Below are positions 28,751-37,577 of a DNA stretch of 64,000 nucleotides, piece by piece. Below the pieces are notes generated by a model. It saw only the letters and a program-made list of their open reading frames with translations, did not search any database and was not told the origin of the DNA. A program made the position numbers and the translations under genes. The stretch lies in NCBI GenBank assembly GCA_033551855.1, contig JAWSUI010000006.1, forward strand, positions 43,189 to 107,188, given 5' to 3'. This DNA comes from Deferrisomatales bacterium (lineage in GTDB: Bacteria; Desulfobacterota; Deferrisomatia; Deferrisomatales; JACRMM01). Position 1 is the stretch's first letter, and each line of letters begins with the position of its first letter.

Positions 28751-29077
28751 CTACCCGAATTGGCGCGCGGCGGCGATCGCCTCCACCCCTTCCGTCGAGC
28801 TGATGGTGGCGAACCGGATGAGCGGCTTGCTGTCGAGCAGCTTCATGGCTCCGATCAGAACGCTGAAGTGCACGGACCGCAGATGGTCCTCCAGGGCTGC
28901 CCTGGTCGTCCACTCGTTCTTGAAGAAGAGCGTGTTGTCCGCTTCAGCGTCCACGTAACAGTTGCAGCAGATGCAGCCCTGCTCGCTCCGAATGGGCCCC
29001 ATGAGCGCTTTGAGCGTTTGCAGGATCTCCTTCCACTTCTCCGGCGGCACCGTCATATGGATCGTGGCGTCCATCAT
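28751..29077 (-). CDS. Antibiotic-biosynthesis-monooxygenase (ABM) domain / putative quinol monooxygenase
   Basis: IRSEQGC...Y...EW.....LEDHLRS.HF pattern; AGGAAGGA upstream. Confidence 0.78.
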   Translation of the reverse strand: MMDATIHMTVPPEKWKEILQTLKALMGPIRSEQGCICCNCYVDAEADNTLFFKNEWTTRAALEDHLRSVHFSVLIGAMKLLDSKPLIRFATISSTEGVEAIAAARQFG

Positions 29078-29186
29078 CGGAGTGTTCCTTCCTGCGCGGG
29101 CTGCGGGCGTTCCACGGGAAGCGGCGCTGCCGGTGCCCATGGTCGGCATGTCAGCGGCAATACCCTGTCGCACAGTGGCCTGGAGA

Positions 29187-29747
29187 TCAACGAGCCGCCA
29201 GGTCTCTTTCCAGGGAATCCATCCGACGAACGATCTCTGCTCTCTCCTCGCTGGTGGGGTATCTGCCTCCTTCGATCATCCGGGAGTGGTCCACCCGAAT
29301 GGAGTCCAGCCTGGCTTGGAATTCCTTTCCTTCCTTGGGACGCAGGCGCCCGCTGGCTCTTCCATCGTCAATTTTTCGTTGCAGTCCGAGCATCCTGTCC
29401 CCCGTCCTTTGCTCATCGCCCTTGGGCGCCCTGGCAGCCTCCCTGTCGATCTCCGCCCCGAGCGCATCGAGGCGCCCATGCACGCCCTTCCACTTTTCCT
29501 CGTAGAGCGTCTTGCCCCTGAGCGCCTCGGCGTCGGTTCGGATGCCCTTGAGTGTGGTCAGATACATCTGGGACTGGTCCGGAGTGAGGCTGCCGGTCTT
29601 CAGCCCGTCGCCGATCTTCTCCTGGATGAGAACCATCTTGTCATCCACCCTTCTTTCGTGATCGGGCCATACGCGCATTGTCGCACAACCTGATAGCAGG
29701 GCCAGCGAGAGAATGAGTGACGTAGTGATGCCCATGGAAGCTCTCAT
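29187..29747 (-). CDS. Hypothetical lipoprotein with internal repeat
   Basis: Lipobox LSGC; two similar halves (IQEKIGDGLKTGSLTP / LQRKIDDGRASGRLRP). Confidence 0.75.
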   Translation of the reverse strand: MRASMGITTSLILSLALLSGCATMRVWPDHERRVDDKMVLIQEKIGDGLKTGSLTPDQSQMYLTTLKGIRTDAEALRGKTLYEEKWKGVHGRLDALGAEIDREAARAPKGDEQRTGDRMLGLQRKIDDGRASGRLRPKEGKEFQARLDSIRVDHSRMIEGGRYPTSEERAEIVRRMDSLERDLAAR

Positions 29748-30017
29748 CTCTTTTATCCTTTTCTTCGAGGTCTACCTCATTTGTACAGTCTCTGCCTTCA
29801 CAGTTGGCACGACGCTGCTCGTATTCCCGCAGAAAAACTTGAGAAGGAGCGATCTTCAACAATTCGTCACGTTCTCCTCTAGAGAAAAGGGGGCCCGCTT
29901 CGCTTGACCCATCCTACGGCTCGCCATCGCCTCAAGCGGAACGCTGACGGCTGACCGCTGACAGCCGCGAGGCGGCGCCTCGGCGGTCTGAGGCGGGGCT
30001 TAGCTAGTCCGTCCAAA

Positions 30018-30033
30018 AGCAATCACCGTGCCG
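30018..30033 (-). promoter_or_regulatory. Sigma-54 -24/-12 promoter, near consensus
   Basis: Minus strand reads CGGCACGGTGATTGCT; an inverted repeat GTCGCATTT...AAATGCGAC (30121-30150) lies about 90-120 bp upstream. Confidence 0.7.
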
Positions 30034-30362
30034 GACGGGATTCGGGGGATGCCGAGGTGCCAGGCTTTGACCGGCCGGGACAAGATGGGCGGAGCGCCCG
30101 CTGTGCCGGCATTCCTTCCCGTCGCATTTGGCGGGCCTGCTAAATGCGACGGCAAAGCTTGAAGACTTTCCCGCTCTGTTCCCATCCGGTAAGGCATTGT
30201 CATCCAAATCGCCGGCACGTTGTCCCCGGCACGGTAGTTGCGTCTAGCTCCGGCTGGCACTGAATCTGTCTAGAGCGCTGATGCTTCGAATCACTTCCAC
30301 CTCGAGCCGGAGGCGGCAGTGCCGAGAGGCGGATCGCAAACGGGAATCGAAAGGGTGACCCC

Positions 30363-32042
30363 ATGAGAAGCGTCCGGCGGCTCTGCATCGTCCTGCTCGG
30401 CAGCGGCAGCCTTTTCGCCACTGCGTGCGGGCAGCAGGGCTCGAACGGCGACGGCGAGCCGACCCACTTCGCCGCCCGTGATTTTCGCGCGGTGGCCGGG
30501 ATCAGCATGGGCGCGTACGGGGCCATGAACCTCGGGACGAAGCGGCCGGACCTCTTCGGGACGATCGGGTCTCTCGGAGGCCCGGTCGACATGCAGGAGC
30601 TCCTGGCCCAACTGATCGGTGAGAACCTCGAGGTGAAGCCCCAGGCGGGCGTTCCCGGGCAGGAGGGGGACGACTTCACGTTCGATCACATGAAGCCGTA
30701 CCCAAGCCGCAACACGCGCATCCGCATGATCCAGGACCTGGTGTTGGCTTTCGGGAACCCGTTCCTGCACCACCCGGACCCCTCCAGGCGCTACCTCGCC
30801 TCCGACTCCGAGCCCGCTGCCGTCGGAAGGGACGATCGGTATGGATCGTTTTCGCCTCTCGTCGATCCCCGGGGGTTTCTCGACGGGGGTGACGCGAATG
30901 CCGACGGGCTCCGCCAGGTGGGGGAGGTGCCCGATCGGCCCACCGACGTGCTCCTGCTCGCGCCGGGGTCGCTGGCGTCGGTGTTCGGGCTGGCGGGTAC
31001 CATGGTGGGCGGGCGTGAGCTCGTCGACCTCGACGCCGACGGGATCTATGACGTGGGCGACGGCATCGTGGTGAACTACTCGGAGCCCTTTGTGGACCTG
31101 AACGGCAACTTCGTCTTCGAGCCCGAGCTGGGAGAGACCTTCGAAGACCTGGGACTCGACGGGGTGGCGGGGACTGGCGACTTCGGCGAGGGCAACGGCG
31201 TCTTCGACTACGACCCGGACCGCAGCGCATGGCTGGCGGAGGATCCCCTCTCGCGGTTGGCCGCGCGGCCGGCCGCCGAGATCGCCTCCCAGAGGATCTA
31301 CATGGACGTGGGCACCGGGGACGAGTTCGGGTTTGCGCGCCACTACGACAACGTCGTGGCGATGCTTGACCGCAAGGGGCTCTCGCCGGTGGTGCGAAAC
31401 GGCTTCTCCGGCAACTGCTTCGCCGTGCCGAGACCTTCGGAGCCCTTCCTCCTGATCCGGTACGACGGCGGACACGTGGGAATCCCAGGAGACGACGCGA
31501 TTCGAGACGACCTGCTCAGCGGAGACTTCTGCGGCGCCGTTCCCATCTGGCAGCGCCTGCTGACGCTCATCGGCTACCTGGACCGGAGCTTCCCCGACGG
31601 CTTCTTCGGGGCGGGGGGGCTCCACCTGACCGGGGACGTGATCACGCGGGCGATCCCTTCCCCGGCCCTGGCGACCGGCGGTCAGCCCGCGCCCGGGCGC
31701 GAGGTCGTGGTGTACCGGCCGCCCGCGTTTGCCAACACGAACCGGAGCTTTCCCGTCGTCTACTTCCTGGGAGGGTACGGTCAGGACCCCGAGGACTATC
31801 GGCGGATGGGCAATTTCCTGGACGTGCTGATCGGAGCCGGAGCCGTACAGAACATGTGCTTCGCGTTCCTACCGGGCTCGGGGGGGCACCGGGGCTCCTT
31901 CTTCGTGAACCACCGCGTTCCCGAGTCCCAAGTGCCCGGGCTGGCCACGGTCACGAGCGGCCGCTACGAGGACTCGATCCTCCAGGATCTCATCCCGGAG
32001 ATCGAGAACGGCATCCTGGACGGCCGCGTGCGGGCGCAGTGA
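30363..32042 (+). CDS. Lipoprotein alpha/beta-hydrolase (esterase family), circularly permuted, with a Ca-binding-like insert
   Basis: Lipobox ATAC; GISMG elbow near the N-terminus; IYMDVGTGDEFG; GGH; VYRPPAF...FPVVYFLGG...YEDSILQDLIP at the C-terminus; several DxDxDG-like loops. Confidence 0.75.
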   Translation: MRSVRRLCIVLLGSGSLFATACGQQGSNGDGEPTHFAARDFRAVAGISMGAYGAMNLGTKRPDLFGTIGSLGGPVDMQELLAQLIGENLEVKPQAGVPGQEGDDFTFDHMKPYPSRNTRIRMIQDLVLAFGNPFLHHPDPSRRYLASDSEPAAVGRDDRYGSFSPLVDPRGFLDGGDANADGLRQVGEVPDRPTDVLLLAPGSLASVFGLAGTMVGGRELVDLDADGIYDVGDGIVVNYSEPFVDLNGNFVFEPELGETFEDLGLDGVAGTGDFGEGNGVFDYDPDRSAWLAEDPLSRLAARPAAEIASQRIYMDVGTGDEFGFARHYDNVVAMLDRKGLSPVVRNGFSGNCFAVPRPSEPFLLIRYDGGHVGIPGDDAIRDDLLSGDFCGAVPIWQRLLTLIGYLDRSFPDGFFGAGGLHLTGDVITRAIPSPALATGGQPAPGREVVVYRPPAFANTNRSFPVVYFLGGYGQDPEDYRRMGNFLDVLIGAGAVQNMCFAFLPGSGGHRGSFFVNHRVPESQVPGLATVTSGRYEDSILQDLIPEIENGILDGRVRAQ

Positions 32043-32054
32043 GGCGGATGCACG

Positions 32055-33323
32055 ATGAAAAGTGAAGGTGTGCGACCCGACGGCTTCACCGCGCTGCGCC
32101 GGCGCGCCGAAGCGCGGGCTCGGAAAGGTGCGGCGCAGCCGCCGGAGAACGTCGCGGCGCTGTCGCCCGAGGAAGCGCGACGGACACTCCACGAGCTGCG
32201 GGTGCACCAGATCGAACTGGAGATGCAAAACGAGGAGCTGCGCCGCACGCAGGCGGAGCTGGAGCTCGCGCGGGCGCGCTATTTCGACCTCTACGATCGG
32301 GCGCCGGTAGCGTACTGCACGCTTACGGAGTGGGGCATCATCCGCGAGGTCAACCTCACCGCCGCCACCCTGCTGGGGGTGACCGCGGGGGCGCTGGTCG
32401 GGCAGCCGATCACCCGGTTCATCCTCGGTGAGGACCAGGGTTCCTTCGTCGACCTGCGCGAACGGCTCTTTGCGACCGGCGACCCGCAGGAATGCGAGCT
32501 GCGGATGCTGAGCCGGGCAGGGGACGCCTTCTGGGCGCATCTGGGCGCCACCGCCGCGCGCGACGCCGAAGGCGCCCTCGCGTGCCGCGTGGTGCTGAGC
32601 GACGTCAGCGGGCGCAAGAAAGGGGAGGAGGCCTTGCTCCGATCCCTCGACGAGCTCCGCCAGGTCTCCGCCCTGCTGCTCGCGGCCCAGGAGGAGGAAC
32701 GCGGGCGGTTCTCCCGCGAGCTGCACGACGGCGTCTGCCAGACGATGATCGCCATGAAGATGACACTGGAGGCCGCTCTGGGCACACAGGGACCGGCGCC
32801 AGAGCGGCTGGCCGCCATCGACCTCCTCGTCCCCATGATGCGGGACGCGATCCAGGAAGTGCGCGGGGTTTTCATGGCGCTCCGACCTGCCATCCTGGAC
32901 GACCTGGGGCTCGTGGCCGCGATTCGCTGGTTTGCCCGCGAGTTGCAGACGGCCTACCCGGCGATGCGGATCGTCCTTCGGATCGAGGTGGACGAGCAGG
33001 ACGTTCCCAACCCCCTTCGCACGGTCATCTTCCGGGTGCTGCAAGAGGCGATGACCAATGCCGGCAAACACAGCGGAGCGGACGAAGCGGTCGTCTCGCT
33101 CGCGAAGAGCGGCGGCCTGTTGGAGTTTGGCGTCGAGGACAACGGGCGCGGGTTCGACGCGGACGCGCCACGGGTGGGGGAGGGCGCCCAGTGCGGGGCT
33201 GGCCTCGGCTGCATGCGGGTGCGCGTCGAGCGTGCCGGGGGATCCCTCGAGGTGCAAGCCCGGAAGGGGGAGGGAACGGCAATCCGGGCGCGTCTGCCGC
33301 TCGCCGCCGGGTGTGCCGCTTGA
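32055..33323 (+). CDS. PAS-domain histidine kinase, HisKA_3 (NarX-like)
   Basis: EEERGRFSRELHD H-box, LRPAILDDLGL, QEAMTNAGKH, EDNGRGF. Confidence 0.92.
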   Translation: MKSEGVRPDGFTALRRRAEARARKGAAQPPENVAALSPEEARRTLHELRVHQIELEMQNEELRRTQAELELARARYFDLYDRAPVAYCTLTEWGIIREVNLTAATLLGVTAGALVGQPITRFILGEDQGSFVDLRERLFATGDPQECELRMLSRAGDAFWAHLGATAARDAEGALACRVVLSDVSGRKKGEEALLRSLDELRQVSALLLAAQEEERGRFSRELHDGVCQTMIAMKMTLEAALGTQGPAPERLAAIDLLVPMMRDAIQEVRGVFMALRPAILDDLGLVAAIRWFARELQTAYPAMRIVLRIEVDEQDVPNPLRTVIFRVLQEAMTNAGKHSGADEAVVSLAKSGGLLEFGVEDNGRGFDADAPRVGEGAQCGAGLGCMRVRVERAGGSLEVQARKGEGTAIRARLPLAAGCAA

Positions 33324-33432
33324 CCCGGCCCCTCTCGATCAACTGGAAGATGAAGTTCCCGCGAGATACGACCGGGCCCACGGCACCCCGGAGCAAGGGC
33401 CGGGTCTCGGCGCCGCAACAAGGGGGCGAACC

Positions 33433-34728
33433 ATGAACCCATCCGAGATGCCGGGGGACCTGCGCCGGCGCGCCCAGGGGCGGCTTGGGGAGAGCCCCCG
33501 GGTTGCGGCTCTTCCCCAGACCGAAGAGGGCCTCACGCGGCTCGTGCACGAGCTCCAGGTCCACCAGGTGGAGCTGGAGCTCCAAAACGAGGAGCTCTGC
33601 CGGGCCAAGAATGCGCTCGAGGAGTCGAGCGCGAGGTACGCGGACCTGTACGACTTCGCGCCCGTGGGCTACTTCACGCTCGATCGCGAAGGGCGGCTCC
33701 TCGGGGCGAACCTCCGGGGCGCGGGCCTTCTGGGGCTGGAGAGGCCTCGGCTGGCGGGCCGGCGCTTTGGGGACTTCGTGGCCGCGGACGCGCGCCCCGC
33801 CTTCGCAACATTCCTCGCGGGCGTCTTCGCGGGGAAGCGCCTGGCGACCTGCGAGGTCCCCCTGGCCGCGGGCACCAGGTCCCCGCGCCACGTGCGGATC
33901 GAAGCCGCCCTTTCCCCGTCCGGCGGCGAGTGCCGCTTGGCGGTCAGCGACATCACCGAGCTGAAGCGGGCGGAAGAGGAGCGGGCACGCCTGGAGGGGC
34001 GGCTGCGCGAGGCGCAGAAGATGGAGGCGATCGGAGCCCTGGTGGGGGGGATCGCACACGACTTCAACAACCTGCTCGCCCCCGTGGTGACCCGCGCCGA
34101 GATGGCGCTGCGGACGCTCGGCAGCGAAGACCCCGTTCGGGAGAACATCGCGCAGCTCCTGACCGCGGTGCTGCGTGCCGCCGAACTCGTCCGGCAGATC
34201 CTCCTCATCGGCGGCGGGGAGCAGGAAGGCACCTTCGTGCCCGTGGATCTCGGGCCCCTCGTCCACGAGGCCGCGGCGGGCCTTCGCGCCACCCTGCCCG
34301 CGACGGTCGAGGTCCGGTCGGAGGCCGACCCCGCTTGCGGGCCGGTGCTGGGCGACCCTTCGCGGCTTCGCCAGGTCCTCCGGCACTTGTCCGAGAACGC
34401 CGGGTATGCGCTGGAGGAGACGGGGGGGCTGCTCGCGATCTCTCTGGATCGGGCCGGGGGCGAGCAGGAGGGGGGCCGGGTGAGGCTGCGTGTCCGAGAC
34501 ACGGGACCCGGCATTCCCGGGGAGATCCAGGGCCGCATCTTCGAGCCCTACTTCACCACCAAGCCCGTCGGCAAGGGGTCGGGCCTGGGCCTCTCCGTCG
34601 TGTACGGAATCGTCTCGGCGCTCGGAGGGGAGGTCCGGGTCCGGAGTGGGAACGGGGAGGGCACGACCTTCGAGGTGCTGCTTCCCGAAGCCGCAGAAAG
34701 GGGGGTTCCGCTTGCGCTCGTGTCGTAG
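33433..34728 (+). CDS. PAS-domain sensor histidine kinase
   Basis: QKMEAIG.LVGGIAHDFNNLL H-box, DTGPGI, FEPYFTTK, GSGLGLS; start at ATG 33433. Confidence 0.92.
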   Translation: MNPSEMPGDLRRRAQGRLGESPRVAALPQTEEGLTRLVHELQVHQVELELQNEELCRAKNALEESSARYADLYDFAPVGYFTLDREGRLLGANLRGAGLLGLERPRLAGRRFGDFVAADARPAFATFLAGVFAGKRLATCEVPLAAGTRSPRHVRIEAALSPSGGECRLAVSDITELKRAEEERARLEGRLREAQKMEAIGALVGGIAHDFNNLLAPVVTRAEMALRTLGSEDPVRENIAQLLTAVLRAAELVRQILLIGGGEQEGTFVPVDLGPLVHEAAAGLRATLPATVEVRSEADPACGPVLGDPSRLRQVLRHLSENAGYALEETGGLLAISLDRAGGEQEGGRVRLRVRDTGPGIPGEIQGRIFEPYFTTKPVGKGSGLGLSVVYGIVSALGGEVRVRSGNGEGTTFEVLLPEAAERGVPLALVS

Positions 34729-34854
34729 GATGTCACCGGGGAACCAACGCAGGCGCCGGGATTGCGATTTCGCAGACCCAGGCTAGCATTGCGTGGGCGC
34801 AAACCACCGGGGGACTGCTCCAGCGTGTTTCGCCCCGCCCCAAAGATTTGGTGG

Positions 34855-34870
34855 TGGTTTCTGTATTGCA
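34855..34870 (+). promoter_or_regulatory. Putative sigma-54 promoter upstream of cheBR
   Basis: TGGTTTCTGTATTGCA; a second GG-N10-GC candidate AGGCGCCGGGATTGCG at 34751-34766. Confidence 0.4.
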
Positions 34871-34892
34871 CCTACGAGAAAGGCAAGCGCGC

Positions 34893-37577
34893 GTGACCAG
34901 ACGTGCCAAGCAGAGCGGCCCCGCGAACCCCCCTTCGGCGTCGCCCGAGAGCCCGGTGCCGGGGGATGCGTTCCCCGTCGTCGGCCTCGGCGCCTCGGCC
35001 GGGGGGCTCGAGGCGCTGGAGCAGTTCCTGGACCACGCGCCGGCCGACTCGGGCATGGCGTTCGTGGTGGTGCAGCACCTGGACCCGACCCACAAGGGCG
35101 CCCTGCCCGAGCTCCTCCAGCGCCGCACCCGGATGCAGGTCTCTCAGGTCGAGGAGGGGATGCGGGTGGAGCCCAACCGCGTCTACGTGATCCCTCCCAA
35201 CCGGGACCTGTTCCTGGAGGGCGGCACCCTGCGGCTCCTGGAGCCGGCGGAGCCCCGGGGGCTCCGCCTGCCCATCGACTCCTTTTTCCGCAGCCTGGCC
35301 CGGGACCTGGAGGAACGGGCCATCGGCGTCATCCTCTCCGGCATGGGCTCGGACGGCACCCTGGGGCTGCGGGCGATCAAGGAGAACGCCGGCCTCACCC
35401 TGGTGCAGGACCCGGGCTCCGCCAAGTACGACAGCATGCCCCGCAGCGCCATCGACGCGGGGATCGCCGACTTCGTGGCTCCGGCCCAGGAGCTGCCGGT
35501 CAAGCTGCTGGCCTCGTTCCACGGCACCCTGGTCGCCGAGGTGGAGGACCAGGAGGCCGAAAGGAAGTCGCCGAGCGCCCTGGAGAAGATCGTGGCCCTG
35601 CTGCGCGCCCGCACCGGCCGCGACTTCGCGCCCTACAAGCGCAGCACCATCTCCCGGCGGGTCGAGCGGCGCATGGGCATCCACCAGCTCCGGACGATCG
35701 CCCGGTACGCGGACTTCCTGCACGACAACCCCCAGGAGCTCGCCCTGCTCTCCCGGGAGCTCCTGATCGGGGTGACGAGCTTCTTCCGCGACCCCAAGGC
35801 CTTTGCCGCCTTGCGGGAGAAGGCCCTGCCGGCGCTGCTCGCGAGCCGGCCGGCCGGCCGCGTCTTCCGGGTCTGGGTGCCCGCGTGCGCCACGGGGGAG
35901 GAGGCGTACTCCCTGGCCATGCTCCTGAAGGAGGCCCTGGAGGAGCGGCAGGCGGCGGCGGGGCGGAGCGGCGGCGACCGCGTCCAGGTCTTCGCCACGG
36001 ACCTCGACCCGGACGCCGTCGCCCGGGCCCGGCAGGGGGCCTACCCCGAGGGCATCGCCGCCGACGTCTCGCCGGAGCGCCTGCGGCGCTTCTTCGTCAA
36101 GGAGGGCGGCGCTTACCGGGTGGCCAAGGAGCTTCGTGACACCGTCGTCTTCGCGCCGCACAACGTCATCACCGACCCGCCCTTCACCAAGCTCGACCTG
36201 CTCTCGTGCCGCAACCTCTTGATCTACTTGACCGCCGACGTACAGAAGAAGCTCCTGCCGCTGTTTCACTACAGCCTCAACCCCGAGGGCATCCTCTTCC
36301 TGGGCTCGGCGGAGACCGCCGGAGGCTTCCCCGACCTCTTCTCCCCCATCGACCCCCAGGCGAAGCTCTATCGTCGCCGCCCGTCCTCGGCCGCCGCGAG
36401 GGCCGTGGAGTTCCCCTCCTCCTACGCCCCGTCCGAGGACGACGAACTGGGGGCCGTCCGGGGGGCGCCACGCTCCCCGGGGGCCGGCCTCCAGGAGCTG
36501 GTGGACGGGGTGCTCCTCCGGGAGTTCGGGCCGCCGTGCGTGCTGGTGGACGAGCGGGGCGACCTCCTCTACGTCCACGGCCGCACCGGCAAGTACCTGG
36601 AGCCGGCGGCGGGAAAGGCCAACCTCAACCTCTTCGCCATGGCGCGCGAGGGCCTGCGCCATCCCCTCTGGAGCGCCGTGCAGAAGGCCCAGGAGGGGCA
36701 GGAGCCCGTTCGCTGCAAGGGGCTGCGGGTGAAGACCAACGGCACCCACCAGCGCGTGGACGTCACCGTGAAGCCCCTGGGGGAGCCGCAGGCCCTGCGG
36801 GGGCTCCTGCTGGTGCTGTTCGAGGAGGTGGCCGCTCCCCGCCGGCGAAGCCGCTCCCGCCCGGCGCCTTCCGGGGGGGTCGAGGCGCTGCCGGGAAGGG
36901 TGGAAGAGCTCGAGCGGGAGCTCCAGCAGAGCCGGGAGTACCTGCAGACCACGCAGGAGGAGATGCAGACCTCCCAGGAGGAGCTCAAGAGCGCCAACGA
37001 GGAGCTCCAGTCCACGAACGAGGAGCTCCAGAGCACCAACGAGGAGCTCACCACCTCGAAGGAGGAGATGCAGTCCTTGAACGAAGAGCTTCTCTCGGTC
37101 AACACCGAGATGCAGGCCAAGATCGAAGAGCTCTCCCGCACCTCGAACGACATGAAGAACCTCTTGAACAGCACCGACATCGCCACCCTGTTCCTCGACA
37201 ACGACCTGAACGTGCGCCGCTTTACCGGCCAGACGACCCGCATCATCAAGCTCATCCCGAGCGACGTGGGGCGGCCCATCACCGATATCGTGTCCGACCT
37301 GAGCTACCCCGGCCTGGCCGACGACGTGCGAGACGTGCTGGAAACCCTCGCCTTCCAGGAGCGGGAGGTCGCGACGGTGGACGGGCGCTGGTTCCAGGTG
37401 CGCATCCTGCCCTACCGCACCTACGAGAACCGCATCGACGGCGTGGTGCTCACGTTCTCCGACATCACCGTCGCCAAGCAGCTCGAGCAGGCTCTGCGGG
37501 ATGCGCAGCAGGCGGCGCAGCAGCGGATCGAGACCCTGGAATCCGCGGTGACGACAAAAGGGGAGGGCCGTTCATGA
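34893..37577 (+). CDS. cheBR: CheB methylesterase / CheR methyltransferase fusion with coiled coil and PAS domain
   Basis: CheB GASAGG, VQH, GMGSDG; CheR IGVTSFFRD, CATGEEAYS, ATD, SCRNLLIY; EELQSTNEEL heptads; C-terminal PAS. GTG start inferred. Confidence 0.93.
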   Translation: MTRRAKQSGPANPPSASPESPVPGDAFPVVGLGASAGGLEALEQFLDHAPADSGMAFVVVQHLDPTHKGALPELLQRRTRMQVSQVEEGMRVEPNRVYVIPPNRDLFLEGGTLRLLEPAEPRGLRLPIDSFFRSLARDLEERAIGVILSGMGSDGTLGLRAIKENAGLTLVQDPGSAKYDSMPRSAIDAGIADFVAPAQELPVKLLASFHGTLVAEVEDQEAERKSPSALEKIVALLRARTGRDFAPYKRSTISRRVERRMGIHQLRTIARYADFLHDNPQELALLSRELLIGVTSFFRDPKAFAALREKALPALLASRPAGRVFRVWVPACATGEEAYSLAMLLKEALEERQAAAGRSGGDRVQVFATDLDPDAVARARQGAYPEGIAADVSPERLRRFFVKEGGAYRVAKELRDTVVFAPHNVITDPPFTKLDLLSCRNLLIYLTADVQKKLLPLFHYSLNPEGILFLGSAETAGGFPDLFSPIDPQAKLYRRRPSSAAARAVEFPSSYAPSEDDELGAVRGAPRSPGAGLQELVDGVLLREFGPPCVLVDERGDLLYVHGRTGKYLEPAAGKANLNLFAMAREGLRHPLWSAVQKAQEGQEPVRCKGLRVKTNGTHQRVDVTVKPLGEPQALRGLLLVLFEEVAAPRRRSRSRPAPSGGVEALPGRVEELERELQQSREYLQTTQEEMQTSQEELKSANEELQSTNEELQSTNEELTTSKEEMQSLNEELLSVNTEMQAKIEELSRTSNDMKNLLNSTDIATLFLDNDLNVRRFTGQTTRIIKLIPSDVGRPITDIVSDLSYPGLADDVRDVLETLAFQEREVATVDGRWFQVRILPYRTYENRIDGVVLTFSDITVAKQLEQALRDAQQAAQQRIETLESAVTTKGEGRS

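Noticed and set aside
36950..37100. Imperfect 21-bp tandem repeats
   Set aside because: They encode the EELQSTN heptads of CheBR; there are no spacers, so this is not a CRISPR array.
33930..37573. Long upstream extensions of the CheBR (1215 aa) and hybrid kinase (1073 aa) ORFs
   Set aside because: Off-frame overlap with the preceding genes; recognisable domains start at about 34893 and 37574.
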